The notes: generated by a model from the sequence alone, not told the origin. A DNA stretch of 45,008 bases from Candidatus Segetimicrobium genomatis (GCA_005888595.1 VBAL01000009.1:1-45008); one strand, 5' to 3'; shown: positions 8,578-17,866, numbered from the stretch's first letter. Translations and numbers: made by a program.

Positions 8578-8955
8578 ATGATCCTCGGAGTGGGGCTCGA
8601 CGTCGTGGAGACGGAGCGGATCGCGCGCGCGCTCGCCCTGCACGGGCGGCGGTTCGAGGAGCGAGTCTACACCGCCGCCGAACTGGCGGAGTGCGCCGAG
8701 CGGGCTGACCGGGCCCAAGCGCTGGCCGGCCGCTTCGCCGCCAAGGAGGCCCTGCTCAAAGCCCTGGGCACCGGCTCGGCGCGCGGCATCTCGTTTCAAC
8801 AGGTCGAAGTGGTCCGGGCGGACGGTGGCAGCCCTACCATGAGCCTGACGGGATCAGCGGCGGCCGAGGCCCGCCGCAAGGGCGTGCGACAGCTTCACGT
8901 GAGCCTCAGCCATCAGCCGGGCCTGGCCGCGGCGGTGGTCATTCTCGAAGGCTGA
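8578..8955 (+). CDS. acpS: Holo-ACP synthase (AcpS-type PPTase)
   Basis: GVGLDVVE, RFAAKEALLKALGTG, VSLSH; 125 aa. Confidence 0.93.
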   Translation: MILGVGLDVVETERIARALALHGRRFEERVYTAAELAECAERADRAQALAGRFAAKEALLKALGTGSARGISFQQVEVVRADGGSPTMSLTGSAAAEARRKGVRQLHVSLSHQPGLAAAVVILEG

Positions 8956-9211
8956 GCTTGGTGCCGTTCCGAGATTTGGTCGCCACGAAGCGGGCGATGC
9001 TGGCGATAGTCCGAAAGTTATCGATCTCGAGATCCTCGAGCGACACGTGAACGCCGAAGTCCTGTTCCAGATGGGCCAGGAATTCGACGAACGTGAGCGA
9101 GTCGACGAGCCCCGTATCGATTAAGTCCGTCTCGAGCGACGGAACCTGCACGTTCAGCTTGTCCGAGAACAGGACGGCAATCCGGCGCTCGAGGTTCGTG
9201 GAGTCCGGCAT
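8939..9211 (-). CDS. Acyl/aminoacyl carrier protein (DltC-like)
   Basis: Acidic 90-aa protein with GLVDSL phosphopantetheine site. Confidence 0.88.
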   Translation of the reverse strand: MPDSTNLERRIAVLFSDKLNVQVPSLETDLIDTGLVDSLTFVEFLAHLEQDFGVHVSLEDLEIDNFRTIASIARFVATKSRNGTKLSLRE

Positions 9212-9212
9212 G

Positions 9213-9716
9213 TCACACGTCCCTGTGTTCGGCGGCCAGCAGATCGAAGAGCAAGCGATCGAGCCGGCGACCGTCGATGCAGTGACACTGCCGCTGCCGC
9301 CCGATGTACCTAAAGTGGAGGCGCTCGAGCACGCGCTGCGCCGGCACGTTCGTCTCCAGGGTCCAAGCGTTGATGGCTTGAAGCCCCAGCTCGGTGAATC
9401 CTAGGGTGAGCATCTTGCTGCACGCCTCCGTTGTGCTGCCACCGTGGCGCTTGCTGCCGAGCACCGCCCACAGCGACGCCGTCTTGAACTTCCGATCCAC
9501 GTTGGTCAGGCCCACCACGCCCACCGGCACGTCTCCGTGATCCGCCGTGTAAGCCCGGATGACCTGGATCTCCCGTTGCGTCATGATCCTCAGCGTCACA
9601 GGCGTCAGCGTCTGGACGCCGTTGCCGAAGTCCAGCCACTTGTAATTCTCGGGCTTGCCGAGCCAGCTGGCCACCAGCTCGATCAGCTCAGGGCTATCCA
9701 GCGGCAACAGTTTCAT
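9213..9716 (-). CDS. GNAT N-acyltransferase (RimJ/RimL-like)
   Basis: PVGVVGL, ASLWAVLG, NVPAQRVLERLHF; AGGAGG upstream of ATG9716; stop lies 1 nt before the ACP start. Confidence 0.8.
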   Translation of the reverse strand: MKLLPLDSPELIELVASWLGKPENYKWLDFGNGVQTLTPVTLRIMTQREIQVIRAYTADHGDVPVGVVGLTNVDRKFKTASLWAVLGSKRHGGSTTEACSKMLTLGFTELGLQAINAWTLETNVPAQRVLERLHFRYIGRQRQCHCIDGRRLDRLLFDLLAAEHRDV

Positions 9717-11310
9717 TGCTCGCAAATGCCTCCTGGAGCAGACGTCGGTCGAATTTGCCGTTCGCGTTCCGCGGCAATCGCTCGTACGCCATCCACCGAG
9801 ACGGCAGCATCGGAGCGGGCAGCAGCTTGGCCAGCGCATGGCGCAACTCACCGGGGGTGACCGCGACCCCGGGCGACGGGACATAGGCACAGCAGATCGC
9901 GGTGCCCTCGAAGCCGTCCGTCGACACAGCGACGACGGCGCACTCTCGCAGGCAAGTCAGCGCGTTCAACGCGGTCTCGATCTCGCCCAGCTCGATGCGA
10001 TAGCCGCGACTCTTGATCTGGGAGTCGGCCCGGCCGAGGAAGTAGACCAGCCCGTCTCCGCCGATGCTCGCGAGGTCCCCGGTTCGATAGATGCGATCCG
10101 CAGGATCGGAAGCGAACGGATTGGGGAGGAAGGCGGCGTGGGTCTTCTCCGCGTCTCTCCAGTATCCCGGGCTCAGGCCCCCGCCCCGGATGTACAGGTC
10201 CCCGACCTCGCCCGGCGGCACCCGCTCCAACCGCTGGTTCAGCACGAGCAATTCCTCCCCTGCGCAGGGCGAGCCGATCGGGATCGCGGCTCGATCGTCC
10301 TCCGGACAGTGCGGCACCGTGTAGTAGCTGCTGGCGATGGTGGTCTCGGTGGGCCCGTACAGGTTTGTGAACTTGACGTGGGGGAGCCGCGTCATCCAGT
10401 ACCGCAGGGCCGGCGTTGGAAAGACCTCGCCGCACCACAACAGCCGTCGCAAAGTGGGGAAGTCATTGAACTTCACCACGTCGAACTTGGCGAGATAGCT
10501 GAGCAGCGAGGGCACCGAAAACCACTGCGTCAGCTCCGCGGTACGGATGAACTGCGCCAGCGCGGTGGGGAGCAAGTTGAGGTCGGGTGGCACGAGGTGA
10601 ATCTGGGCACCGGCGGCGAACGTCCCGAATACATCGAACGTCGACAAATCGAAGTGCAACGGCGGATGACCAGACATCCGGTCCGCAGGCCCGAGCCCGA
10701 AGTAGCCCGTCGCCCACTCTACGAAACGGATCACGCTGCCGTGCGTGATGACGACTCCTTTCGGCGTGCCGGTCGAGCCCGATGTGAACAAGATGTGCGC
10801 AGGATCCCTCGCCTCGTTGCGGAAGGCCAGGGGGCTGGTTGCCGCGCGCCGGACGTCCTCGAGCGAGAATCTGGGCGCGACGTGCTCCCCGACCGCCGGC
10901 CCCCGCCCCTGGTCTAGCCACCCGATCGCCGTCGTGCCCCCCAACTGCTCGTGCGATAGCAGCTCGTCGAGCAGCGGAGCCGCGCTGGAACCCGCCAGAA
11001 TCACCCGTGGCCCTCCCGACTGTACGATCTTCGCGACTCGCGGCGCGGGGCTCGACGGATCGACCGGGATGTAGATGCAGTCCGCCTTCAAGATCCCCAG
11101 CATGCTCACGATGGCGAGGGGAGACTTAGGGAGTAGAAAGCAGACGCGGTCGCCGCGCTCGCACCCGGCGGCCTTCAGGGTGCGCGCCAGCTGGTTACTC
11201 AAGGTGTCCAGTTGCCCGTAGGTCAACCGATCGCCGCCCATCACGAGGGCGGTGGCGTCCGGGCGGCGCTCGGCCTGCCCCATCACCCAGTGCTGCAGCA
11301 GAGAGATCAT
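9694..11310 (-). CDS. Stand-alone amino acid adenylation enzyme (DltA-like)
   Basis: ILFTSGSTGTPKG, FDLS, NLYGPTE, YRTGDL, GRADSQIKSRGYRIELGEIE, LPRNANGK; no fused C or PCP domain. Confidence 0.92.
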   Translation of the reverse strand: MISLLQHWVMGQAERRPDATALVMGGDRLTYGQLDTLSNQLARTLKAAGCERGDRVCFLLPKSPLAIVSMLGILKADCIYIPVDPSSPAPRVAKIVQSGGPRVILAGSSAAPLLDELLSHEQLGGTTAIGWLDQGRGPAVGEHVAPRFSLEDVRRAATSPLAFRNEARDPAHILFTSGSTGTPKGVVITHGSVIRFVEWATGYFGLGPADRMSGHPPLHFDLSTFDVFGTFAAGAQIHLVPPDLNLLPTALAQFIRTAELTQWFSVPSLLSYLAKFDVVKFNDFPTLRRLLWCGEVFPTPALRYWMTRLPHVKFTNLYGPTETTIASSYYTVPHCPEDDRAAIPIGSPCAGEELLVLNQRLERVPPGEVGDLYIRGGGLSPGYWRDAEKTHAAFLPNPFASDPADRIYRTGDLASIGGDGLVYFLGRADSQIKSRGYRIELGEIETALNALTCLRECAVVAVSTDGFEGTAICCAYVPSPGVAVTPGELRHALAKLLPAPMLPSRWMAYERLPRNANGKFDRRLLQEAFASNETVAAG

Positions 11311-11412
11311 CGTCTCACCAGCCCCACGGGCCGCCGCCCATGCCGTGGCTCACGCTCGCTCCTTGAAGAGTCTGGTGCGCAAGGTCCCGCTCGCATTCGC
11401 GTGCCTGACCTG

Positions 11413-11429
11413 TGCATGGGCGGTGCCAG
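11413..11429 (-). promoter_or_regulatory. Candidate sigma54 promoter for the A-domain/GNAT/ACP operon
   Basis: CTGGCACCGCCCATGCA on the minus strand, exact GG-N10-GC spacing, ~100 nt above ATG11310. Confidence 0.55.
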
Positions 11430-11676
11430 AGGCGTAACCGCGTCGGCCTGGGACAAGTGCAGCAACCGACGGGTGACAGCCGTTCTCTAACGCCCAGACC
11501 GAGCGTCGCCGTGGCGCCAGCGCAACAGGCTGTGGTGGGCCGCCCCGCCCTGCGAGCCTGTTCTTATGGTGCCCCCCCGCCGTACTGGGCATTCATCACC
11601 ACCGGCTGCCGCGGGAGGCCGTGCGGGCCTATCCGAGCCGTGTCAACGCGCGTTGCGAGCACTCCCCACACTGCAA

Positions 11677-11708
11677 AGCGCCAGCGGCGGTTGACCGCCG
11701 CTGGCGCT
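11677..11708 (-). terminator. Strong hairpin after the lipoprotein gene
   Basis: Perfect 14-bp inverted repeat agcgccagcggcgg / ccgccgctggcgct with a 4-nt loop, 40 nt past the stop at 11749; short T tail. Confidence 0.7.
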
Positions 11709-11748
11709 CGGGCGTTCCTCTACTCCTCGGACTGCGGCCCTCGCATGA

Positions 11749-13092
11749 TCACTGCTTCACGATATCCCCGCTCGTCACGGTGCCGGACCGCCCGAATCCC
11801 TCCGACGGGAGCCAGAAGCTGATGAAGTCCAAGCCGCTCCCCGCTGGACCGTTGTCGCACACCTGCAACGTGTAGCTCACGACGGCACCCGTGCGCTCCC
11901 TGCCGACGGCGTCGAACTCCACCCCGTGGCTCGGGTCGCTGCAGGCGTTCGAGCTGTTGCGATACGCTGTGAACGACGTCGTGGGGTCTGTCGACGGGTC
12001 CGTTGTAATCGCGCCGGCTTGCCCATCCGGTTGCACGTCGTCGTAAGCGGTGAGCGTGAACCGCCCTGTCAGATCGGCTCGCACGGCGAAGTCGAACGTC
12101 TGCACGCTGTTGCTGAGCGTGGGAGATCCCATCCCCATCTGGCCTTTGCCAATGACACTCGCTACCGGTACACCGCACGTAACGGAGAGGCTCGTCGTGC
12201 CCGTCCCGCCCGCCGGCACCGTGACGGTCTGGGGATTCGCCGTGCTCACCGTGCAGTTCGAAGGCACTCCCGACAGCGTGACGGGGTTATCGCCGGCCGG
12301 CACGGTGAAGGTGACGCTGCCGCTCGTGGCGATCGGTTGGCTTGAGGTGCCATCGACCGTGACGGTGTAGCCATTGGGGGCGTATGAGCCGGTTGTCGTA
12401 GTCGTGACCGTCAGGCTGCCGCTGCCACTGCCGGTCTGGACGCAGCTCACGGAGAAGGGCGCTGGCACCGTCGCGCCGCCCTGCACGGTAACCGTCTGCG
12501 AGTTGGACCCGCTCACCGTGCAGTTCGCCGCGATGCCCGACAGAGTGACCGAGTGACCGCCATCCGTAAGCGCGGTGAACGTGACGCTGCCGTTCGTCGC
12601 GATGGCTTGGCTCGCCCCACCGTCTACCGTGACCGTGTAGCCGTTGGCCGGGAGGTCCACGCCGGTGGTGTTGGCCGAAACGAATAGGCCGCCCTGCGAC
12701 ACGCAGCTCAAGGTGAAGCTGACGGAGTGGGTCGTGCTCCCCGCAATGGGGTCGAAGTCGTAAACCCACCGCGGGTTATTCGGGTTGTCGACTCCACCGA
12801 TCACCCTGCAGTTCGAGGCGATTCCATAGAGGGCCACTACGTGATTGCCCGCCGACAGAACGAAGGCGACCACTCCGTTCGCCCCGACGGGCTGGCTTTG
12901 GGAGTCATCCACCCAGACAGTATAGCCAGCGGGGATGTCGGAGCCCGTGGTGGTGACAGTGACTGTCAATGGGCTGGTCTGCGACAAAAGGTCCCCACCT
13001 GGCTTCGGACTCTGGGGATCCGTACACGCGGTCGCGGCCAGCAGCATCGCGAAGGCCGCTGACAACCCAGTCTGCCCAACGGCGCGTGCCAT
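11749..13092 (-). CDS. Repeat lipoprotein 1: three ~80-aa Ig-like A repeats + one B domain
   Basis: AGGAGG before ATG13092; signal ending LLAATAC; repeats GYTV.VD...NC.V...SC; C-terminal FDFAVRADLTGR...CDNGPAG...SGDI. Confidence 0.85.
   Translation of the reverse strand: MARAVGQTGLSAAFAMLLAATACTDPQSPKPGGDLLSQTSPLTVTVTTTGSDIPAGYTVWVDDSQSQPVGANGVVAFVLSAGNHVVALYGIASNCRVIGGVDNPNNPRWVYDFDPIAGSTTHSVSFTLSCVSQGGLFVSANTTGVDLPANGYTVTVDGGASQAIATNGSVTFTALTDGGHSVTLSGIAANCTVSGSNSQTVTVQGGATVPAPFSVSCVQTGSGSGSLTVTTTTTGSYAPNGYTVTVDGTSSQPIATSGSVTFTVPAGDNPVTLSGVPSNCTVSTANPQTVTVPAGGTGTTSLSVTCGVPVASVIGKGQMGMGSPTLSNSVQTFDFAVRADLTGRFTLTAYDDVQPDGQAGAITTDPSTDPTTSFTAYRNSSNACSDPSHGVEFDAVGRERTGAVVSYTLQVCDNGPAGSGLDFISFWLPSEGFGRSGTVTSGDIVKQ
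11870..11925. repeat. Near-identical direct repeat, copy in lipoprotein 1 B domain
   Basis: 54 of 56 nt identical to 14275-14330. Confidence 0.9.
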
Positions 13093-13334
13093 GAGGCTTC
13101 CTCCTGAAGGTTCCATGCTGCGCAGCAACGCTCTCGCACGCTCAGCGCAAAAAGCGAGCCGCCCCACGCGGCCTGACACAACGAGCTCGCGGGGGGCGCA
13201 TCTGCGGCGCGCGTGCGGCGGGTGAGCGCTTAGCATCGCAGAGGTCGGTGTTGCTTGTGTGCAGCGGCCTGGAGGTCGCAAAAGCCCCCGGGGTGGGGAC
13301 GTAATCCCAAGCCGGCCCGGTGCGCTCGCAACGC

Positions 13335-15395
13335 TCACAATATGAACGTGACCACCTTCGTGTCCGACCCGGAGACGCCGGCGCTATCTGTCACCGTCAC
13401 GCGGATCGTGTAGCTGCCGAACAGGAGATACGTATGCGATGCGCTGATCGTGCCCTGGCTCGAGGTACTGCCCGTCGTCGATGAACCGTCGCCCCAGGTG
13501 ATCGTGTACGACCACGGCCCGTTGTTGTCGGGATCACTGAACGATGCGCTTTCCGTGTAGAAGAGCCCGATCAAGCTTGTCTCGTCCGGCCCGGCGTTCA
13601 CAGTCGGCGGCTGGTTGGGCGTGATGCAACCCACGGAGTAAGAGACCGTCGCCGTCCCGCCCGAGGGCACGGTCACCATGCGGGACGTGCCGCCGCTCAC
13701 TGTGCAGTTACTGGCCACTCCGCTGAGTTCCACGGTGTGCGTGCCGGCCGCCAGGTTCGCAAACGTGACACTGCTGTTGATCCCGATCGCCTGCCTCGTG
13801 GTCTCGTCCACGGTCACCGTGTAGCCACTGGGGACGGATGAGCCTGAGGTGCTGGTCGTGACCGTGAGGTCCCCCGTGATCGCCGCGCAGCTCACGGCGA
13901 AGGCAGCCGTCGCCGTTCCGCCCGAGGGCACCGTGACTGTCTGGGAGTTGCCCCCGCTCACCGTGCAGTTCGCTGCCACGCCGGAGAGGACCACGGCGTG
14001 GCTGCTCGGCGAGAGGCCCGTGAAGGTGACGCTGCCGTTGACCGCGATCGGCTGGCTATTGGTCCCGTCGACCGTCACCATGTAGCCGTCCGGATCGAGG
14101 TTCGAGCCGGTCGTGCTGGTCGAGACAGCGAGCGAGCCCTCTGAGGAGGGCGCAGTCGACTTGGCAATGTCTCCGCTCGTCAGGTTGCCCGAGCGGTCGT
14201 ACGATTCCGACGGGAGGAAGATGCTCCACAAGTCCATCCCGCTCCCAGCCGGTCCGTTGTCGCAGACCGCCACGGTGTAGCTCACGATGGCACCCGTGCG
14301 CTCCCTGCCGACGGCGTCGAATTCCACCCCGCGGCTGCGGTCGCTGCAAGCGCTCGAGCTGTTGCGGTACGCCGTGACGGACGTCGCCGGGTCCGTCGAC
14401 GCATCCGTGGTCAGCGAGGCGACCTTCCCATCCGGCTGCACGTCGCTGTAATCGGTGGCGGTGAACCGCCCCGTCAGGTCGGCCCGCACGTCGAAGTCGA
14501 AGGTCTGCACGTTCGTCCCGGGCGTGGGAGATCCCACCCCGATCTGCCCGAGCCCGGTAACGCGCGGGACCGCGCTTGTGCAGCTCACCGCGAAGGTTGC
14601 GCTCGCTGCGCCGCCGGCGGGCACCGAGACCGTCTGCGGGTTGGCTCCGCTCACCGTGCAGTTGGCCGCCACCCCCGAGAGCGCAACCGGGTGATCACCG
14701 GCGGCGAGGCCGGTAAAGGTGACGCGGCCGTTCGTCGCGCTCAGCTGGGCATTCGTGCCGTCGACGGTGACCGTGTAGCCGTCCACATCCAAGTTCGAGC
14801 CGGAGGTGCTGGTCGAGACAACGAGCGTATCCCCTGAGGAAGAAGCGGCCGACCTGGCGATGTCCCCGCTCGTGACGGAGCCGGAGCGGCTGAATCCCGC
14901 CGACGGCAGGGCTATGCCGAAGAAGTCCAGACCGTTCTCCGGTGGCCCGTTGTCGCACGCGACCACGGTGAAAGCCACTAGCGCTCCCGTGTCCTCCCGG
15001 CCGGTTCCGTCGAACTCCGCCCCGCGACTCGGGTCGCTGCAGGCGCCCGACGCCATCCGGAACGCTGTGACCGCCGTCCCGGCATCCGTCGGATCCACGC
15101 GCAGCGTCGGGGCGCTCCCGTCGGCTCTGCCCTCGCCGTAATCGGAGACCGTGAGTCTCCCAGTCAGATCGGATCGCACGTCGAAGTCGAACGCCATCTC
15201 AGCCCGGGTCCCGATGCGCCCGAGCCCGGCGATGCGCACGATCACGGGGCTTGCCGTAGCGTCATGTCTGGGGCCGAGGCGCTCAGGACTAGCGGCATCA
15301 TGACAACCCACGCCGAGCAGCGCGGCTGCGAGGAGTCCCGGAAGGCTAGCGAGCGGTTGCCGCTTTCTGGCCGTGATGCCGCCTCTCTGGTGCAA
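13335..15395 (-). CDS. Repeat lipoprotein 2: B-A-B-A-A-PKD architecture
   Basis: Signal ending LLGVGC; two B domains, three A repeats; C-terminal PKD-like domain (NQPPTVNAGPD, TITWGDG, HTY, TVTD); TTG start uncertain. Confidence 0.85.
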   Translation of the reverse strand: MHQRGGITARKRQPLASLPGLLAAALLGVGCHDAASPERLGPRHDATASPVIVRIAGLGRIGTRAEMAFDFDVRSDLTGRLTVSDYGEGRADGSAPTLRVDPTDAGTAVTAFRMASGACSDPSRGAEFDGTGREDTGALVAFTVVACDNGPPENGLDFFGIALPSAGFSRSGSVTSGDIARSAASSSGDTLVVSTSTSGSNLDVDGYTVTVDGTNAQLSATNGRVTFTGLAAGDHPVALSGVAANCTVSGANPQTVSVPAGGAASATFAVSCTSAVPRVTGLGQIGVGSPTPGTNVQTFDFDVRADLTGRFTATDYSDVQPDGKVASLTTDASTDPATSVTAYRNSSSACSDRSRGVEFDAVGRERTGAIVSYTVAVCDNGPAGSGMDLWSIFLPSESYDRSGNLTSGDIAKSTAPSSEGSLAVSTSTTGSNLDPDGYMVTVDGTNSQPIAVNGSVTFTGLSPSSHAVVLSGVAANCTVSGGNSQTVTVPSGGTATAAFAVSCAAITGDLTVTTSTSGSSVPSGYTVTVDETTRQAIGINSSVTFANLAAGTHTVELSGVASNCTVSGGTSRMVTVPSGGTATVSYSVGCITPNQPPTVNAGPDETSLIGLFYTESASFSDPDNNGPWSYTITWGDGSSTTGSTSSQGTISASHTYLLFGSYTIRVTVTDSAGVSGSDTKVVTFIL
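14275..14330. repeat. Near-identical direct repeat, copy in lipoprotein 2 second B domain
   Basis: 54 of 56 nt identical to 11870-11925. Confidence 0.9.
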
Positions 15396-15471
15396 GGTGC
15401 CCCACTCGTCGAGACTGGAAGAGGGGGAGCAGCGAGTCCGCGATCTCCTTTTGATCGCGCGACTTGGTCTC

Positions 15472-17556
15472 CTAGCCCCAGCGTCCGCTGGCGGCCAGTT
15501 GGCGACCCGTCAGGCCAATGCTCGCCGCGGTTGCTGTACTTGGGGTCCGCCTGTTTCGGCGTGGCGATGCGCGGCCGGGCAGCCCGGTGTGGTTTGTCAG
15601 GCCCACCCAGCGAGCGAGCTGCTCGACCACGGCGCTATCGTCGCCGAGTTCCACGAGCGCGCGAATTAGGGGGATCAGAGGCATGGCGTGCTCGCTCAGG
15701 CAACCTACCTCAGCCAGCATGATTCTGGGGTTGCTGCTCGGCGCCGCGTCCTCGCTCTCCGACCAGAGCTCCTCGTGCAGTTTCTCGCCTGGCCGGAGTC
15801 CGGTCTCTACGATGGCGATGTCCGCTCCAGGGCGCAGGCCGCTCATCCGGACCATGCGTTCGGCGAGGTCCCAGATGCGCACTGGGGTACCCATGTCGAG
15901 GATCGCGACCTTACCGACGGACTCGGGCATCGAGGCCGCCTGGAGCACGAGCTGACTCGCCTCCGAGGGCGTCATGAAATAGCGCGTAGCCTCCCGGCTG
16001 GTCACCGTGACTGGCCCGCCTTCGCTGATCTGGCGCTGGAACAATGGCACGACGCTTCCGTTCGAGCCGAGTACGTTGCCGAATCGCACGATGATGCCGT
16101 CCATCGTCGAACCGCGAGTGGCTTCCGCGACCAGTACCTCGGCGAACCGCTTCGTCGCTCCCATCACGTTGCTGGGGAGGACAGCTTTGTCGCTTGAGAT
16201 TAACACTACCTTGCGAACGCCGGCGACCCTGGCCGCCTGCAACACTGACCAGGTGCCAAGAATGTTGTTGTCCACCGCCGCGACGGCGTGGGACTCCATT
16301 AGCGGTACGTGCTTGAACGCTGCCGCATGGAAGACGTGCGTCGGTTGGACGTCCCTTAGCAGCCGAGTCAACCGGCGCTGATCACGCACATCCTCAATGA
16401 CCCCGGTGAAGGGAAGCGTGATCTGATGGCGTTGGAACTCCTCGCACAGGTAATGGAGGTCGTTCTCGTTGCGATCAACGAGGTAGAGCGCTTCCGGCTC
16501 GACCTTGATCAATTGGCGAGCGAGCTCAGCACCGATGGACCCGGCCGCTCCAGTGACGAGCACTCGCGCGCCGCGCAGCTCGGCCCGCACCTTGACGACG
16601 TCAAATTCTGCCTGAGCCCGCCCCAGCAGGTCGCTTGGCTGCACGTCACGCAACCAACTCGCCCCCTGGCGCGTCCCCAGCATGTCGTCCGGATCGGGGG
16701 CGATCCGAAACGGCAGCTTGGCCGCCACGCAGGTGTCGACAATGTGCGCCATCTGCTCCGTCGTGGCCGACGGGATCGCAATGATGATCTCGTCCGCCCG
16801 GAACCGCTCTGCGATCGCCGGCAGCTCGCTGACCGGGCCCACGATCGGAACCCCGTGTAACCGGTTCCCGTGCAGGTTGGCATTGTCGTCCACCACGACG
16901 GATGGGTCCATCAGCATCTTAGGGCTGGCGAGAATCCGTTTCACGAAGACCGCGCCCGCCTCCCCGGCGCCCACGATCACTGCGCGGCGGAGGTGATTCC
17001 CGATAACCGTTCTTGCTCGACGCTCCCATTCGTGTAGCGAGCGGGCCGAAAGCCGGATACCACAGGAGAGCAACAGATAGAGGGTGGTGTCGGCAACGAC
17101 CAGCCGGACGCCGTCGCTCGCAAGACCGAGCCCCTCGACGCCGGCGAGCCCCGCGATGCCCGCGATCAGTGTCGAGCGAACGATCACGAGCGCGTCGTGG
17201 GTGCTGACGTAGCGCCACCGGCTGGCGAACGCGCCAGTGACAAATCCACAGACGACCTTCGTACCGACGAAGAGCGCGACCGCAGCGAGTAGCCCACTTA
17301 ACCACTGGCGATACCTGCCGCCATAGACCACTAGAACCGCGCCGTTCACCGCGAGCAGCGCGATCCCGAATTCGAGCGCCCCAAGAATCACGCGGCGTGA
17401 GGCGCGGTGACCCGCGAGACTGTCGATGGTTCGGGCGACAGCCTGGGGAAGTGCTCTAAGGGCCTGGACCCTCTGGGAGAGACCGCGCAGCGGCCATAGC
17501 CAGCTGCCGAGCCATGGCTCGTGGGTTTGCGCGGGAGCAGGAACGGCTGTCATCAC
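15472..17556 (-). CDS. CapD/PglF/WbpM-type membrane-anchored UDP-GlcNAc 4,6-dehydratase
   Basis: N-terminal TM helices; VTGAAGSIG, HAAAFKHVPLME, ISSDKAV, VMGATKR, VRFGNVLGSNGSV, GLRPGEKLHEEL. Confidence 0.93.
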   Translation of the reverse strand: MMTAVPAPAQTHEPWLGSWLWPLRGLSQRVQALRALPQAVARTIDSLAGHRASRRVILGALEFGIALLAVNGAVLVVYGGRYRQWLSGLLAAVALFVGTKVVCGFVTGAFASRWRYVSTHDALVIVRSTLIAGIAGLAGVEGLGLASDGVRLVVADTTLYLLLSCGIRLSARSLHEWERRARTVIGNHLRRAVIVGAGEAGAVFVKRILASPKMLMDPSVVVDDNANLHGNRLHGVPIVGPVSELPAIAERFRADEIIIAIPSATTEQMAHIVDTCVAAKLPFRIAPDPDDMLGTRQGASWLRDVQPSDLLGRAQAEFDVVKVRAELRGARVLVTGAAGSIGAELARQLIKVEPEALYLVDRNENDLHYLCEEFQRHQITLPFTGVIEDVRDQRRLTRLLRDVQPTHVFHAAAFKHVPLMESHAVAAVDNNILGTWSVLQAARVAGVRKVVLISSDKAVLPSNVMGATKRFAEVLVAEATRGSTMDGIIVRFGNVLGSNGSVVPLFQRQISEGGPVTVTSREATRYFMTPSEASQLVLQAASMPESVGKVAILDMGTPVRIWDLAERMVRMSGLRPGADIAIVETGLRPGEKLHEELWSESEDAAPSSNPRIMLAEVGCLSEHAMPLIPLIRALVELGDDSAVVEQLARWVGLTNHTGLPGRASPRRNRRTPSTATAASIGLTGRQLAASGRWG

Positions 17557-17866
17557 CCCGGCGATGTATCACGTTCTGTACCGCGAGGCAGCGCCCGTGG
17601 CTTACCTCCCGTGTGCGTAACCCGCGTCAGGGGAAATGGTTATGATGTGGTGGGCACGCCGAGGCGCATGCGCCATGGCGCGTACGGGCCACATTTTGTC
17701 GACTTACCCCCGCAACGATATGGCTCGACCTGCGGGTGCTGTCTGGGCGGGGGGCGTCCCGATCTGGGAAGGGACAGCCTCGAAGTGCGGTTCTAACGAC
17801 GGTGCGGGGAGGAGGTCCTCGTGCCTACGGGCCTGAGAGGGCCGGAGGAGCATCTCAACTGCGCCA

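Noticed and set aside
11644-11655. Palindrome caacgcgcgttg as an enhancer-binding site
   Set aside because: Single occurrence; not found upstream of the other sigma54 candidates
11749-15395. Repeats as a CRISPR array or DGR target
   Set aside because: Repeats are in-frame protein modules without spacers; no cas or reverse transcriptase gene, and no adenine-specific mismatch pattern established
17663-17681. Overlapping palindromes ggcgcatgcgcc and gcgccatggcgc upstream of the dehydratase
   Set aside because: GC-rich, not repeated elsewhere, and no recognisable operator
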